A stretch of DNA of 64,000 bases from Octopus sinensis (lineage: Eukaryota): NCBI RefSeq assembly GCF_006345805.1, contig NC_042998.1, positions 10,106,001-10,170,000 of the forward strand. Reading direction: 5' to 3'. Within the stretch, counting starts at the first letter, position 1. Each line of letters begins with the position of its first letter. This document shows positions 11,848-24,489 of the stretch, one piece after another. The notes below the pieces were generated by a model that made no database searches, had not been told where the DNA came from, and saw only the letters and a list, made by a program, of their open reading frames with translations. A program made the translations under genes and the position numbers.

Positions 11848-12030
11848 TTATATATAAATACATATATATACGACGGGCTTCTTTCAGTTTCCGTCTACCA
11901 AATCCACTCACTTTGGTCGGCCCGAGGCGATAGTAGAAGACACTTGCCCAAGATTCTACGCAGTGGAACTGAACCCGGAACCATGTGGTTCGTAAGCAAG
12001 CTACTTACCACACAGCCACTCCTACGCCTA
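11555..12030 (-). mobile_element. SINE family C with expanded internal (TACA)n
   Basis: Full-length reverse match to family C. Confidence 0.88.
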
Positions 12031-12923
12031 GTTTCTTTAAAGTACACGCACACACACACACACACACACACATACAACGATGAATCGTGTCATACACTCA
12101 CATTCACGTACACACACGCACGCCCACACATACGTGTATGTGTGTGTGTGTGTGCGATTAATGAGGAAGACGGAAGATGGAAGGTACGAGAATCTTTATA
12201 GATCACTACTTTTGTTTCGAAACCCATTTCGTACTGATTCCTCACCGGTGAAATACTGAACATCTGGTTTAGGTGTACCCGTCTGTGTAGATGTATCTCT
12301 CTCATTAATCAAACACCCAACGAACACTGAGAAAGTGAACGTGCTTGACCGGGAAACAACCAGGTCTATACTATACGCTTTATTCACTAATAATAAACAT
12401 AGCATCGATCCCTCACGGGTGGGATTCTGAACATCTGGCTTAGGTGTATCCATCGGTGTAGATATGTGTCCTCAAGTGATTTCAATACGTATCTCGTTAA
12501 AATAAACGCTATATCGCAAGATTTCCTTTTGGTGTTCGTATATAGAAGTGGCAAATTAAGATATACAACTTCATTCTAATAGAAGATCCATAACAAACAT
12601 CAGATACCAAAATGAAACAAATACACAATACAACGAAAAAGAGTATTAGATATAACCGTTAGTAGGTATGGATGTACAAACGCCCACACATACGTGGTCT
12701 GGCGCACGTACACTCGCTCGCACAAAACCACACGCACATACAAGCACATATAAACGTGTTGTTTGGCGCACATATGCTCGCACACGGTATTGAGGAGATA
12801 TTGATAAAGTCAGTACCTACTACTGGCTAGTGATACGACTCTGGTTGGTGAGGAGTCACAGATTCTATTACGCGGTTCACTGGGTCTGGTTGGTATATTT
12901 ATAGCAGTTGTACAGTCATAAAT

Positions 12924-13309
12924 GTGAAAGCACTCCGTCGGTTACGACGACGAGGGTTCCGGTTGATCCGATCAACGGAACAGCCTGCTCGTGAAATTAA
13001 TGTGTAAGTGGCTGAACACTCCACAGACATGTGTACCCTTAACGTAGTTCTCGGGGATATTCAGCTTGACACAGAGAGTGACAAGGCCGGCCCTTTGAAA
13101 TACAGGTACAACAGAAACAGGAAGTGAGAGTGAGAGAAAGTTGTGGTGAAAGAGTACTGCAGGGATCACCACCATCCCTGCCGGAGCCTCGTGGAGCTTT
13201 AGGTGTTTTCGCTCAATAAACACTCACAACGCCCGGTCTGGGAATCGAAACCGCGATCCTACGACCGCGAGTCCGCTGCCCTAACCACTGGGCCATTGCG
13301 CCTCCACTC
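12924..13309 (-). mobile_element. SINE family B (about 390 bp, tRNA-derived)
   Basis: A box TGGCCCAGTGG and B box GTTTCGATTCC on the minus strand; 12-bp TSD acagtcataaat at 12912-12923 and 13310-13321. Confidence 0.92.
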
Positions 13310-13587
13310 ACAGTCATAAATATGGACATAAATACTGGCGATGTAGATTTCTAGTTTTTTAAATGCCTAATAAACAACCGATAGCCTGTAGAAAGCGGCA
13401 ATGCCTGGGTAAAGATCACCAGTGTAGATAGGCATATGTTTTTGCGTTTCCATCCGACGATGAGGGATATTTATTGAGAGACTCAAGTTGGTATTTTTCT
13501 CACTTTCAGCGGTATACAATGGCAAAGGAGTATCCCAGTGATGTTAGTAACCAGTGCGGCATTGTGTTTATAAGGAGGGAGAGGTTG

Positions 13588-13757
13588 TGACGTTCTGAGT
13601 TCAAATTCCGCTGAGGTCGACTTTGCCTTTCATACATTCGGGGTCGATTAAATAAGTACCAGTTACACACTGGGGTCGATATAATCGACTTAATCCGTTT
13701 GTCTGTCCTTGTTTGTCGTTTCTGTGTTTAGCCCCTTGTGGGTAGTATAGAAATAGG
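13588..13757 (+). mobile_element. 5'-truncated SINE A
   Basis: Starts at acgttctgagttcaaattcc and ends at the aaagaaata-type tail. Confidence 0.8.
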
Positions 13758-14199
13758 TTATTCAGCCATAGATTTAGGTAAGGTGCGGTTATTAGTTTAG
13801 TCAACAATTCCTCTGATTCACACCCATTGTATTGTGCGAAAGGGCATTTAGTAGCATGCAAGCATCTTGATAGTCTTTCAGAAATCCCATCAATGAGCTT
13901 GTTCCCAAAATGGACAACGATTTCTCTCCCGGAAACGATGTTGTATGGTTGTGCATGCCTTATTGTATTCCGTCTCTCTCACTAATCAAATGGCCAACGA
14001 ACAATAAGCCAGTGAACGTGCTTTACCACAGGCTATGTGTTTTCTGTCTGATGAGTCGTGAATATTGCCAGGTGTAATAGTAGACGTGAAACATCTTGCC
14101 ATCTTTCACACATCCAAAGGAAATTCCATACAGTATGGCAAGTATCTGTGCATTAGTTGTTGATACAAAAATGCGTAAAATTCGACTTAATAAATTCAA

Positions 14200-14935
14200 A
14201 TGCTTCCTAAAAACAGAATCACTGCTTAAAATTATTAAATTATAGAATTATAAAGGCGATGAAGCTGGACGTCACATAACTGAGGAAACCAAAGAAAACA
14301 AATCAAAGAAAATATTATTCCATTTACCAATACACACAATCCTGGAGTAACCAAAATTTTTCACGCTAAAAAGAATTACCGAAACAAAAGCCTCAAAAGG
14401 AGAGATTTGGTTAATGAAAACTTTTTACGAAACAGTAAACGTCATCCTAAAAAATCTTTAATAACATATCACGCGGGCAAAATTCACATCAGAGAATAAT
14501 TCAGAATTCTCCTTGAAGGAATATGGAGATAAACGATGTGGAACATGTAACAACAACTTCAAATATTTAGACAATGGTTACCACATAAAATTTACAAGTG
14601 GATTTTCCCTCAAAATAAATGCAGATATGAATTGGTGAAACCAACAATTCCCTTTGCCAACGTGCAACTTTCCACAGACAGCCTATCAAACCAAAGGAAC
14701 TACGCAAGATTCTACTGAGTAAGCATCTGGAAATATATGGAGACGGCAAATTCAAGCCCTTTCCCTTCTACAAATGTTCAACGGCTGACCCAAAGTTCCG
14801 AAGGCAACGGAACTCCTTTTTTTATCAAAAAATTCTTACTAAACGTTTTAAACAAAAGGAAGGATAATATTTGAGAACACTTTAAATCTGAACAAGTTAT
14901 GGACACTATTTCACTTAGTTAACTCATACAGGTAC
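14200..14935 (+). mobile_element. Penelope-like element remnant, GIY-YIG endonuclease region
   Basis: Degenerate translation gives TRAKFTS, GDKRCGTC, KINADMN and HLEIYGDGKFKPFPFYKC, with stops and frameshifts. Confidence 0.7.
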
Positions 14936-14989
14936 TGTACCTAGCTACCTTTCCAAAAAATACGGCAAATGCGAGTACCTTTCCAAAAA

Positions 14990-16812
14990 ATAAGGCAAAT
15001 GCGAGTACTTGAAAACTCAAGTTTGACCTTCTCCAAGTGTATCATTTTGTATAAAATTAATTAACATTGGGTCGAGGCATGATTTCCTTCTAAACTGGAC
15101 TTGGACTTTTTGGGTTTCTCTTATAGTTTATAACCGTGGATTTACTTGCTTAAGAATCACTTTTTCAATCCTCTGTTAGATGTTACAATGTTTTGTGCTT
15201 ATAATAGCCTCTGCCCATAATCATTATCGCCCACCCTTATCGGCTTCTCTTAGGATGATTGAATTGTCGTTCTTGAGTGTTAGTACAACTTGCTTTTCTT
15301 CTTTACGAAGGTTCTGTTTGCATTTACGGATACTGAGAAGGAATTTGGAAATTGCGTCTCTATATGTATCTAAATGTTTGTTACTCCCTCTGTAAGAAGT
15401 GAAGCAGGATTTATTTCTGACAATTGGCTCATCATTTATATTCTTACTGCTGAAGAGGCGGAGGTGGCGACTAAAATGTTTAATGTCTGCTTTTAGCTCT
15501 AGAGACTAGAGGTGGGTTTATGAGTAAATTTGAAACCTTTCAATAAAAGACTCATTTCAGTTTTTTTTTAAGTTTCTCTTTGCTACATTTATAATTTTAA
15601 GGTCTATATATTCCGTGGCTTTATTAAAATTATTTGTTTCTTCGTGTCCGGGGCCCAGTTGTAGTATGTTCTCCCTAAAAAAGGAGTTGTAGTATTGTAT
15701 CATCATTTTATGTTTCTGAAGTTCATGTTTCTTCTTAGGCGAGGGAATGGGTTATGTTTGTTTATGTGTCATCACATATAGGGTCTGTCTTCTCATCTTC
15801 TATGCTTGTTAAATCATTTGGGATATTTGGAATTGTTAGACGTAAATTGTGGATTTCTAAAGCTTCCATGATGTTTATTTGTATTACGATTTCTGTGTTG
15901 TCCGTATTTTTCTTGCCTTTCTCCCCATGTATTCATTCCTCTAGGGTATTTGGTATCATGAGTTGCTGGCTGTCTTCTATATTTTGTAGGATTGTTTATG
16001 GTAGAGTACGAGTTTCTAATTTGCATTTGAGATGATCTGGAGACCATCTCCGTATCTGTTTTTGGACAATTAGAAGTTTGATACCTTTGTCTGGTTCTTC
16101 TTGTGTCAGTGTCCATGCTTGTTTTTGATTTTTCTGTATTTTTGTTGTTGTTGTTGTGGTTCTGTTCTCATAATGGCTTTTTCGTAATTAATGAATCACT
16201 CCTGTTGCTTTCCCCACATCTTTTGGGAATCATTCCTCTTCCCGTTCGGTGTCTTCTTTCCATAATTACTGTAATTTGTTTTTTTACTTTAATTATCAAT
16301 TTGTTCCGAGATTTCAGCAAACATGACTACATCAATTGTTTTGAATTTTTCTTTATATCATAGTTTTCGTGATTGAAAAAGAAATAGTTCTGCTTCCTGA
16401 CGGCATAATACCAAGTTTGTGCGTATCGTTGTTTCTTCTAGCTTTTCAACTTTCATTTCTCTGATGAGGAATTTTCTGATGGGGATTGGGTTTTCTTTGT
16501 TTCGCAAATTACGGTAGGTGTTGGCTATGTTGTTACAACGAATGCTTTTCCAATATGCATGTTTGCGTTGATTCAGAAGTTTATTCTAGAGTTGTGGTTT
16601 CAATGGATTTCGTCTTTGCAGATCAACTTTTGTTTCTTCCTCGTAAATTTTCCTCTGAGATAAGGGTGGTTCATTGACAGAGTTTGTGACCTTGGTTCTT
16701 ATCTTCAGATTATATTTAAGTAGTGTACCTTGTTGCATGAATATCAATCACAACATTATCTGTTATAGTAAAATTTGTGCCGAGTTTCTGAGATAAGTAA
16801 CTTCAATTAACT
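14990..16812 (-). mobile_element. Penelope-like element remnant, N-terminal/pre-RT region, inverted relative to the previous piece
   Basis: Minus-strand translation NLRKEEKQVVLTLKNDNSIILREADKGG at about 15320-15230 matches the NL..EE..L..L..D..III..ADKG motif preceding Penelope RT. The extent towards 16812 is inferred. Confidence 0.6.
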
Positions 16813-17068
16813 ATATATTTGTGAGGAGTTCTTCCACGGAAAGATCGACTTAGTTGAAATTACTTATCAGAGAACTCGACGCAATTTTTACCACTACAGA
16901 TAAAACTGAATGATATTCATGCACAAAGTACACTCCTTAAATATAATCTAACGATAAGAACCAAGGACAAAAACCCAACCAATGAACCTCTTTATCTTAA
17001 AGGAAAATTTACGAAGCATAAACAAAAGTTGATATACAAAGGCGAATTCATTGAAACCACATCTCTGG
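16586..17068. repeat. Imperfect inverted repeat, arms about 16586-16812 and 16848-17068
   Basis: Arms align by eye along their length, e.g. ctagagttgtggtttcaat vs attgaaaccacatctctgg and ccttggttcttatc vs gataagaaccaagg. Confidence 0.8.
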
Positions 17069-17070
17069 AG

Positions 17071-17081
17071 TATATATATAT

Positions 17082-17151
<70 letters not shown>
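17071..17151. repeat. (AT)n microsatellite
   Basis: Directly visible. Confidence 0.95.
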
Positions 17152-17152
<1 letters not shown>

Positions 17153-17609
17153 GGTGTACAAAGGTTGAATGTAGATTCGTCCTTTAATTGGAGGTTTTCA
17201 AAAAAGATTTCTAATGTTGATTCTTCTTACTTTGCTGGGAGTTTACTGGCGTAAATTTGAGAAGATATGAAAGTAGTACTTGTATATAAAATATGATGAA
17301 TTTATGGAATGAAGTTCCATAAATCCCATCAAATTTGTTAAAAATGGAGGAAACAAGTTGTTAAAATTTATAAGAAATTTAATTCTTTCAGACGATCGTT
17401 TCGTACAGAGATATAATAATAACATAAATTCATGACTGAATAAAATTAAATGGATATCAATTTGAAGAATGTTTATCTGAAGCACGTCATTCGCAAACTC
17501 ACAAACGAGTATGACGTGGTTGCATATACCTTGTTTGGTCAATTACTTTATGTTGTCTATTTAGTTGCGTTGAGTGTAGACATTTCGGCCTTTCCATCTT
17601 TGACCCAAC

Positions 17610-17669
<60 letters not shown>

Positions 17670-17789
17670 GGGGACACACAACCACTTGGTTGGTACTCAT
17701 TTTCAGCTGAGTGCAGTGGAACAAATTAGAATGTAGTGCCTTGCACAAGTACACAATGTGCCGCTTGATCCAGGGAGCTGGATGTTAAC

Positions 17790-17880
17790 CGAGAAGAAGA
17801 AGAAGAAGAAGAAGAAGAAGAAGAAGAAGAAGAAGAAGAAGAAGAAGAAAAAGAAGAAGAAGAAGAAGAAGAAGAAAGGA
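17790..17880. repeat. (AAG)n microsatellite; (AG)n nearby at about 17612-17669
   Basis: Directly visible. Confidence 0.95.
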
Positions 17881-18310
17881 AGAAGAGAAAACAGAGAAGA
17901 GAGCAAAATTAAGGTGGCTGAGAAGAAGGAAGGGTATTCATTATTTACTACGGTGAAGGTCACCGTTGGTTCGCTTCCAGTGTTGAATTCAACCACGTTT
18001 GTGAATCTGATTCAGAGAGGGATGGGGGTCTGTTCAGCTGACGTGCTACAGATACACTACATAAATTCGAGGTTTCCAGTATTGAATAGCGGCAATTCTA
18101 TATGAGGTGGGTGCTATAGCCTTATGGGTTTATTAATGCGTCTTCAATAACTGAGAAAATACGAATGACTTAACGCTCGTATTCTTCAGCAAAACTTGAT
18201 GGTGCAATAACAGATGTGTGAGTTTTTAAATGTTTGAGAATTAACGTGTTTAGCATCTTGTTTTCCCTGACAAGAAATGTCATTAACACGAATGAGTCTT
18301 ATGAAAGTAA

Positions 18311-18708
18311 TCTTTATATATAAAAGTGAAGTTGTGTGTCTGTCTCCTACGATTTAGATTCCTAACTACTCCCACATTTTGCGGTGCAGTTTAACCAAAA
18401 CAGGGTATCTTATAGTCGTCATTCATATCGAGCCCTTCTGGGTATTAGCGCGCGTCTACGATGAGTCTACGATTTTAAAAAACATTTACCATCATTTTTT
18501 TCCATTTTAATGCATTTTTTTCGCTATTATATAAGGGAAGTAACCTCTAAAAATGTCTACGAGGAGTCAACGATTTAAAAAAAAATTTACCATCATTTTT
18601 TTTCCCATTTTTAATGCATTTTTTGCTATATTTTGGCTATAACTCTCTAAAAATGCTTATATAGTTATTTCCCTTACAAACCCGAGCAACGCCGGGCGAT
18701 ACTGCTAG
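18311..18708 (+). mobile_element. Non-autonomous Helitron H1
   Basis: A|TC...hairpin...CTAG|T, with the internal duplication. Confidence 0.85.
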
Positions 18709-18832
18709 TTTTAATATAATACGATATTCTTTAAGGTTCCTGATATCACGAAGGTTAGTCTACACTTACAGCTCAACGCTTTAAGACTTAACATAAAAAC
18801 TCCTTTATGTCCGTCATTACGAGGAGAATAAC

Positions 18833-19241
18833 AAGGCGGCGAGATGGCAGAAACGTTAGCACACCGGGTGAAATGCGTAGCCGTATTTCGTCTGCTTTAC
18901 GTTCTGAGTTCAAATTCCTTCCGCCGAGGTCGACTTTGCTTTTCATCCTTTCGGGGTCGATTAAATAAGTACTAGTTACGCACTGGGGTCGATATAATCG
19001 ACTTAATCAGTTTGCCTGTCCTTGTTTGTCCTCTCTGTGTTTAGCCCCTTGTTGGTAGTAAAGAAATAGGTATTTCGTCTGTCTTTAAGTTCTGAGTTCA
19101 AATTCCGCCGAGGTCAACTTTACCTTTCATTCTTTCGGGGTCGATAAATTAAGTACTAGTTGCGTACTGGGATCGATCTAATCGACTGCCTCCCCCTCCT
19201 CGAAAATTTCGGGCTTTGTGCCTAGACAAGAAAAGATTATA
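18833..19241 (+). mobile_element. SINE family A dimer ending in the second tail type
   Basis: 10-bp TSD aggagaataa at 18822-18831 and 19242-19251. Confidence 0.88.
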
Positions 19242-19279
19242 AGGAGAATAATGAAGATGTAAGTAAACTGTCGTCTTAG

Positions 19280-19498
19280 CCCTTTAGCATCCAGATTATT
19301 CTGTTAAAAGAAATGCTTATTTATCCAGAGTGTTTAGAGTTAATCTTATATTATCTCGTAGCTTCAAGATTTCGATGATGTGATTGCTTATTTTTGGGAT
19401 GACATTATAGGGTAGGTGTTAAATACCAGGCCTGGCTGGTTTGAATGTAAACAGGCAGAATAATTGTGCCTGATCTGGCCGTTTTAAACGCTGGAGGG
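19280..19498. mobile_element. Diverged piggyBac-type MITE
   Basis: ttag|CCCTTTAGCATCC start and degenerate inverse end aaacgctggaggg. Confidence 0.45.
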
Positions 19499-19677
19499 AA
19501 GGTATGGGTGTACGAGGCAATTGCCATGAAGCCCGATTGGTTTTGGGGCCCAATTCTGATCTATGTAAGCTGTGAATGTTATCAATAGATAAATACTACA
19601 AGGCCTTGTGCATTGATTTGTCTGGGGGCCTATAATCCTGCTAAGTTTGCCCTGTATACGATTTATTATGCCAATCC

Positions 19678-19888
19678 AAGGCTGTGAGCTGGCAGAATCG
19701 TTAGCATGCCGAGAAAAATGCTTAGTGGCATTTCGTCCATCTTTACGTACTGAGTTCAAATTCCGCCAAGGTCGACTTTGTCTTTCATCCTTTTGGGGTC
19801 GTTAAATTAAGTACCAGTTGAACACTGGAGTCGATGTAGTCGGCTTATCTCCCAGCTTCCCCAAATTGCTGTAAAAATTTTAAACCAT
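19678..19888 (+). mobile_element. SINE family A, diverged monomer
   Basis: 12-bp TSD ttatgccaatcc at 19666-19677 and 19889-19900. Confidence 0.8.
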
Positions 19889-20388
19889 TTATGCCAATCC
19901 TTACCAATCTTCTCACAATTGCATTTTTCTGAAACTATATCGCTCTCAATCCTTTTAATATTCTTTCCTTTGTCCTTTTACTATTTCAGCCATTCGACTA
20001 CGACCATGCTGAGTTACAGTATTCATGAGATTTTAGCTGATTACATCAATCCCAGGGCTTCGTATGGTAATTATATCATTGCTCTTGTACCGAACCCATA
20101 ACAAACTGACCTAGGCATGAGAGAACGTAACTGGGACAGTTATTAACTAACAAATATTTGCATCAAAATGAGCACAAGGTAAAATTAATTCCTCGGAACA
20201 GTAACATTTACTCTCAGTGAAAATAAATACACTTGTTGACTCGAATAAAAGAGAGAGAGAAAAAAATAATAAAGTTGATAATTTTGTATGAAGGCGTTCA
20301 TTATTTTGTTAGCTATTTGCAACCTCATTGTGTATTTTCATCTGCACAAGACACATTTGACAGAAATTTAGAGGAAATTCTTCATAAT

Positions 20389-20769
20389 GGAAGCACTCCG
20401 TCGGTTACGACGACGAGGGTTCCGGTTGATCCAATCAACGGAACAGGCTGCTCGTGAAATTAACGTTAAGTGGCTGAGCACTCCACAGACACGTGTACCC
20501 TTAACGTAGTTCTCGGGGATATTCAGTGTGACACAGAGAGTGACAAGGCCGGCCCTTTGAAATACAGGTACAACAGAAACAGGAAGAAAGAGTGAGAGAA
20601 AGTTGTGGTGAAAGAGTACAGCAGGGATCACCACCATCCCCTGCCGGAGCCTCGTGGAGCTTTAGGTGTTTTCGCTCAATAAACACTCACAACGCCCGGT
20701 CTGGGAATCGAAACCGCGATCCTACGACCGCGAGTCCGCTGTCCTAACCACTGGGCCATTGCGCCTCCC
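20389..20769 (-). mobile_element. SINE family B
   Basis: Full-length copy; TSD tcttcataat / tcttcacaat. Confidence 0.9.
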
Positions 20770-22100
20770 TCTTCACAATATTTGCACTTGGTGCCTATCT
20801 TTGTCATATTTGTGGATCTACACATTTCCCAACTGTATCTATGGTGAAAGTGAAACGTAACAGTTTTAAACAGGAATCGAAATCGGATCTCTGTCTCAGC
20901 TTGTTGGTAGTTCACTTTTGCACTTTTGTTTACCACAGAAGTATAGGTAAGTATAAAATGGTACTCTGCTTACAATAGTAAATTATCATATTGAAAGTTC
21001 TAATAAGGAATCGAAAAAATGATCTAAGGAGATTGCTTATCTGAATAAACAAATATCCACACATCTATTATTGCAAGATCGATTTTTTTGCTTCACAATG
21101 CCAATACTAAGTCTTTTATCTTTTATTGAAAGATAAATTATTGAAAGCACATAAATCAAATATATTTACTTCTAGTCTCTATGAACTGGTAAAGCAACTG
21201 TTTTGATATATTATTCTTTTATTTACACATCAGCTTTGCGCTTTTATTCAAGTTAACTGAGGCTCTCTGGTAGTGGCCACTGTTCCTAGGAATTCCTTTT
21301 ACAATTCTAGACTTCATCTTTAGTGAATGTTTACTGGTTAGTAGTTAGATGGTAAATAAGAATGTTGATAATATTTCAGTGAGATGGAATACAAGGTTAG
21401 TTAGACAAGTGTTTAATGTCTGCATGAAAGCAACCCTGTATTCCAATTTTGGTTCATATGAGGAAGTTATAAACAATAGCATCTCGTCTTCTAATCAAAC
21501 AATGTGAAACCTCTCTTTTCATTAACTTGTTCGGGATATGCTTAATAACCAATGAATAAAAATTCAACTGTATGATATAAGGAGATTACAGAATGATCGA
21601 TTATTTCAACAGAAAGAAATCACAAAAGACCTGAAAATACTATTATTGTATTGCTGAAGCAAGTTGTAACTGGACATCGATCTGGGATATGTATAAGCGA
21701 TTGATCGCATGGATAAGATATTAGTCTACTTGCTCATAGCTTGCGAGATCAAATCCGTCTCTGAGTGTGATACTTTATCAGCCATTGTTTCATCTCGCCT
21801 AATTACGAGTAGACAATGTTTGTTTTTCATGTGGAATACTGGCAATGGTCTGGTCAAAACAGAGTTGGCTTATATAAATTACAGTAATATGTTGTTCTGA
21901 GTTCAAACCATGACGGAGTAGAATTATAATTTAATCTCTCCAAAGTTGGAGTAAGTAATATATGTATACTAAATGTTTATAATCTTTCGTTACAGCAAAC
22001 CAAAATTAAAAAGAAATTAATTTGTTGTTAGTATTATTTTCGGCAACTAATCTTTTCTCTGTAATATCTTTTCTGCGTGCGCAGTTGCAAAACGTGTATA

Positions 22101-22515
22101 TATTTCTTTACTGCCCACAAGGGGCAGTAAAGAGGGGACAAACAAGGACAGGCAAAGGGATTAAGTCAATTACATCGACCCCAGTGCGAAACTGGTAATT
22201 TATTTATCGACCTCGAAAGGATGAAAGGCAAAGTCGAATTCGGCGGAATTTGAACTCAGAACGTAACGACAGACGAAATACCTATTTCTTTACTACCCAC
22301 AAGGGGCTAAACACAGAGAGGACAAACAAGGACAGACAAACGGATTAAGTCGATTGTATCGACCCCAGTGCGTAACTGGTACTTATTTAATCGACCCCGA
22401 AAGGATGAAATGCAAAGTCGACCTCGGCGGAATTTGAACTCAGAAGGTAGCGGCAGACGAAATACCGCTAAGCATTTCGCCCGGCGTGCTAACGTTTCTG
22501 TCAGCTCGCCGCCTT
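22101..22515 (-). mobile_element. SINE family A dimer
   Basis: 13-bp TSD caaaacgtgtata at 22088-22100 and 22516-22528. Confidence 0.9.
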
Positions 22516-22758
22516 CAAAACGTGTATAGTGTACGTGACAACAGATGTTCAACTTAGTAGGGAAATAATTCCATCAAAATAGTGTACTATGATACCAACT
22601 CACGAGCTAGAGATATCGATAATTTATTCAACTATTCACCACAACTCTAGTAAAAGCAGGATGTCTCAGAATTAACTATCTATTTCAATGTAATCGGGCA
22701 AATTAAAAAAAAAACTGACAGATTTATGTTTATTACTTAATAATGATGCCAAAACAAA

Positions 22759-24475
22759 TCTTATATAAAAATGGCAATCTCTGTCTGTCTGTTACCATCT
22801 TGTTGCCTATACCAGCGAACCAATCTTCACGAAATTTTGCATATATGTTAAACTAACATCCATTTAAATTATAGGTTAATTGAATTTCGATAAAAGTCGA
22901 TAATAGGCTCCCTACGGGGTTTGGGCTATCACATGATAAAAGGAGAAGGGTGCAAAGAGTGATACATTGAATGAAATCTGGTGGCATAATGAGGATGGCT
23001 GATACCAGGGAAGAGGAGGAAACAGGAAGGGAATGTGAGAGAGAGAGAGAACGAGTGTCATGAATACAGTGGGAGAGAGAGAATGTGTTTACCGAAGGGA
23101 ACAGCGAATTTTAATACTTTGCTCTTCAATTAATACCTATCACTTAACGCATACGCTTTAGTGAATTAACTTTTACAATATGCCCAACAACAGATGTTAA
23201 ATTTAAGAAGTGAAAGGTAAATTGTTTTTATGTCTGTTTCTAAATCACCGTATTAAGATTTATTAAAACTTTAAGGAATGAAACAATAACACGAAAGATA
23301 AGGTCTTTAATGTTTTTCTATAGATGAATAGCCCGTCGTTGTCAGACAGTTTTTACAATAGAATGTCTTATATAAACTTTTGTTTATTCCCCGATCAGGA
23401 CAGACTTGTGCTAGTTTTCGCAAAAGAGATGACACAAGAGATGTCATCTCTTGTGAAAGGTAGAAGAGTCCAGTTTGCTGGACATTGTTGTAGGGCTGAA
23501 AAAGAGGTAATTTCTACTCTTCTCCTCTGGAAGCCATCTACTCGCAATACCAGAGGGCGCACACTCTCCTACCCTGATGTAATCTCCAGGGATACAGGCA
23601 TCCAGCAACAGGACCTCCATAATGTCATGATGGACCGTGAAGTCTGGCGTAGCATGGTAAATTCCAATGTCTCGACCACGGTCGAACAATGATGATGATG
23701 ATTTCGCAAAAACGAAAAAAAAAAAAAAAATTCTTGACGATCTTTTTCCTTTTAAAATTATTTACATATTTGTTCGACCGTTTCCCATGGTTTTATTCAT
23801 TAAAACTTATTAAAACTTCAGAAGTTCTTACAACTTTGGTCTTCATAATGCTTTGCTTTCGTTTGTTTAATAAAAATTCTTCGTAATAATTTTGCTTTCA
23901 TTTTGTGATAGACAGCTATCATGCAGAAAATGCCTACTTCCAAATCTTGTTCTCTGATTAGGTAAAATTGATTTAACTTTAAACCCCAATAACATTTTAC
24001 TTCAATTTTTCTGGAACAAATACATAACAAAATCGGATTTAACGTGGAAAATTATTTCAATATACCAAATTTGAAAATTTTCAAGTAATTTTAAAATTTC
24101 ACAAATCATTTGTTTATTTATGCTCCAGAGAGCAAGACCAAAAATGTAGTCTATCAAGAGGCTCTGCAAAATTGATAATAATCAACCATCAATCATTTGT
24201 TTCATAGTCATACATCGTCAATCCTCTCATCTTTCTAGCCATCCACCAATTCAACTTTGATATTACCTTACCATTACAATCAATCAATTCTATGATTCAA
24301 CTGTATTATTTGCCAGTATTTGTAAACCTATTCCACGTCACCGTGTACTTGTGAATCTATTTGCAATTTAAATGGGAACTGAACAGGGAACAGGATAGGA
24401 CATGAAACAGTGTAATGGGAACGGGAACTGGAAATAACCCTCGCTTTTCCGAGTATTGCCGGGTAATTCAGCTAG
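22759..24475 (+). mobile_element. Second non-autonomous Helitron-like element (about 1.7 kb) with a nested LINE
   Basis: A|TCTTATATAAAAATGG...ctgtctgtctg 5' end; 3' ccgagtattgccggg hairpin-like motif then CTAG|T. Pairing of the two ends is inferred. Confidence 0.55.
23426..23701 (+). mobile_element. RTE-clade LINE 3' fragment with (GAT)n tail
   Basis: Translation RVQFAGHCCR...GRTLSYPDVISRDTG...DREVWR; 10-bp TSD tttcgcaaaa at 23416-23425 and 23702-23711. Confidence 0.8.
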
Positions 24476-24489
24476 TGGATTTATAAATC

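Noticed and set aside
12972-13223. Recurrent ORF MVVIPAVLFHHNFLS... (also 20368, 32113, 42278, 60386) and RNWYFIYRPR... ORFs
   Set aside because: Incidental frames in SINE consensus sequences; ends vary and there are no splice or coding signals.
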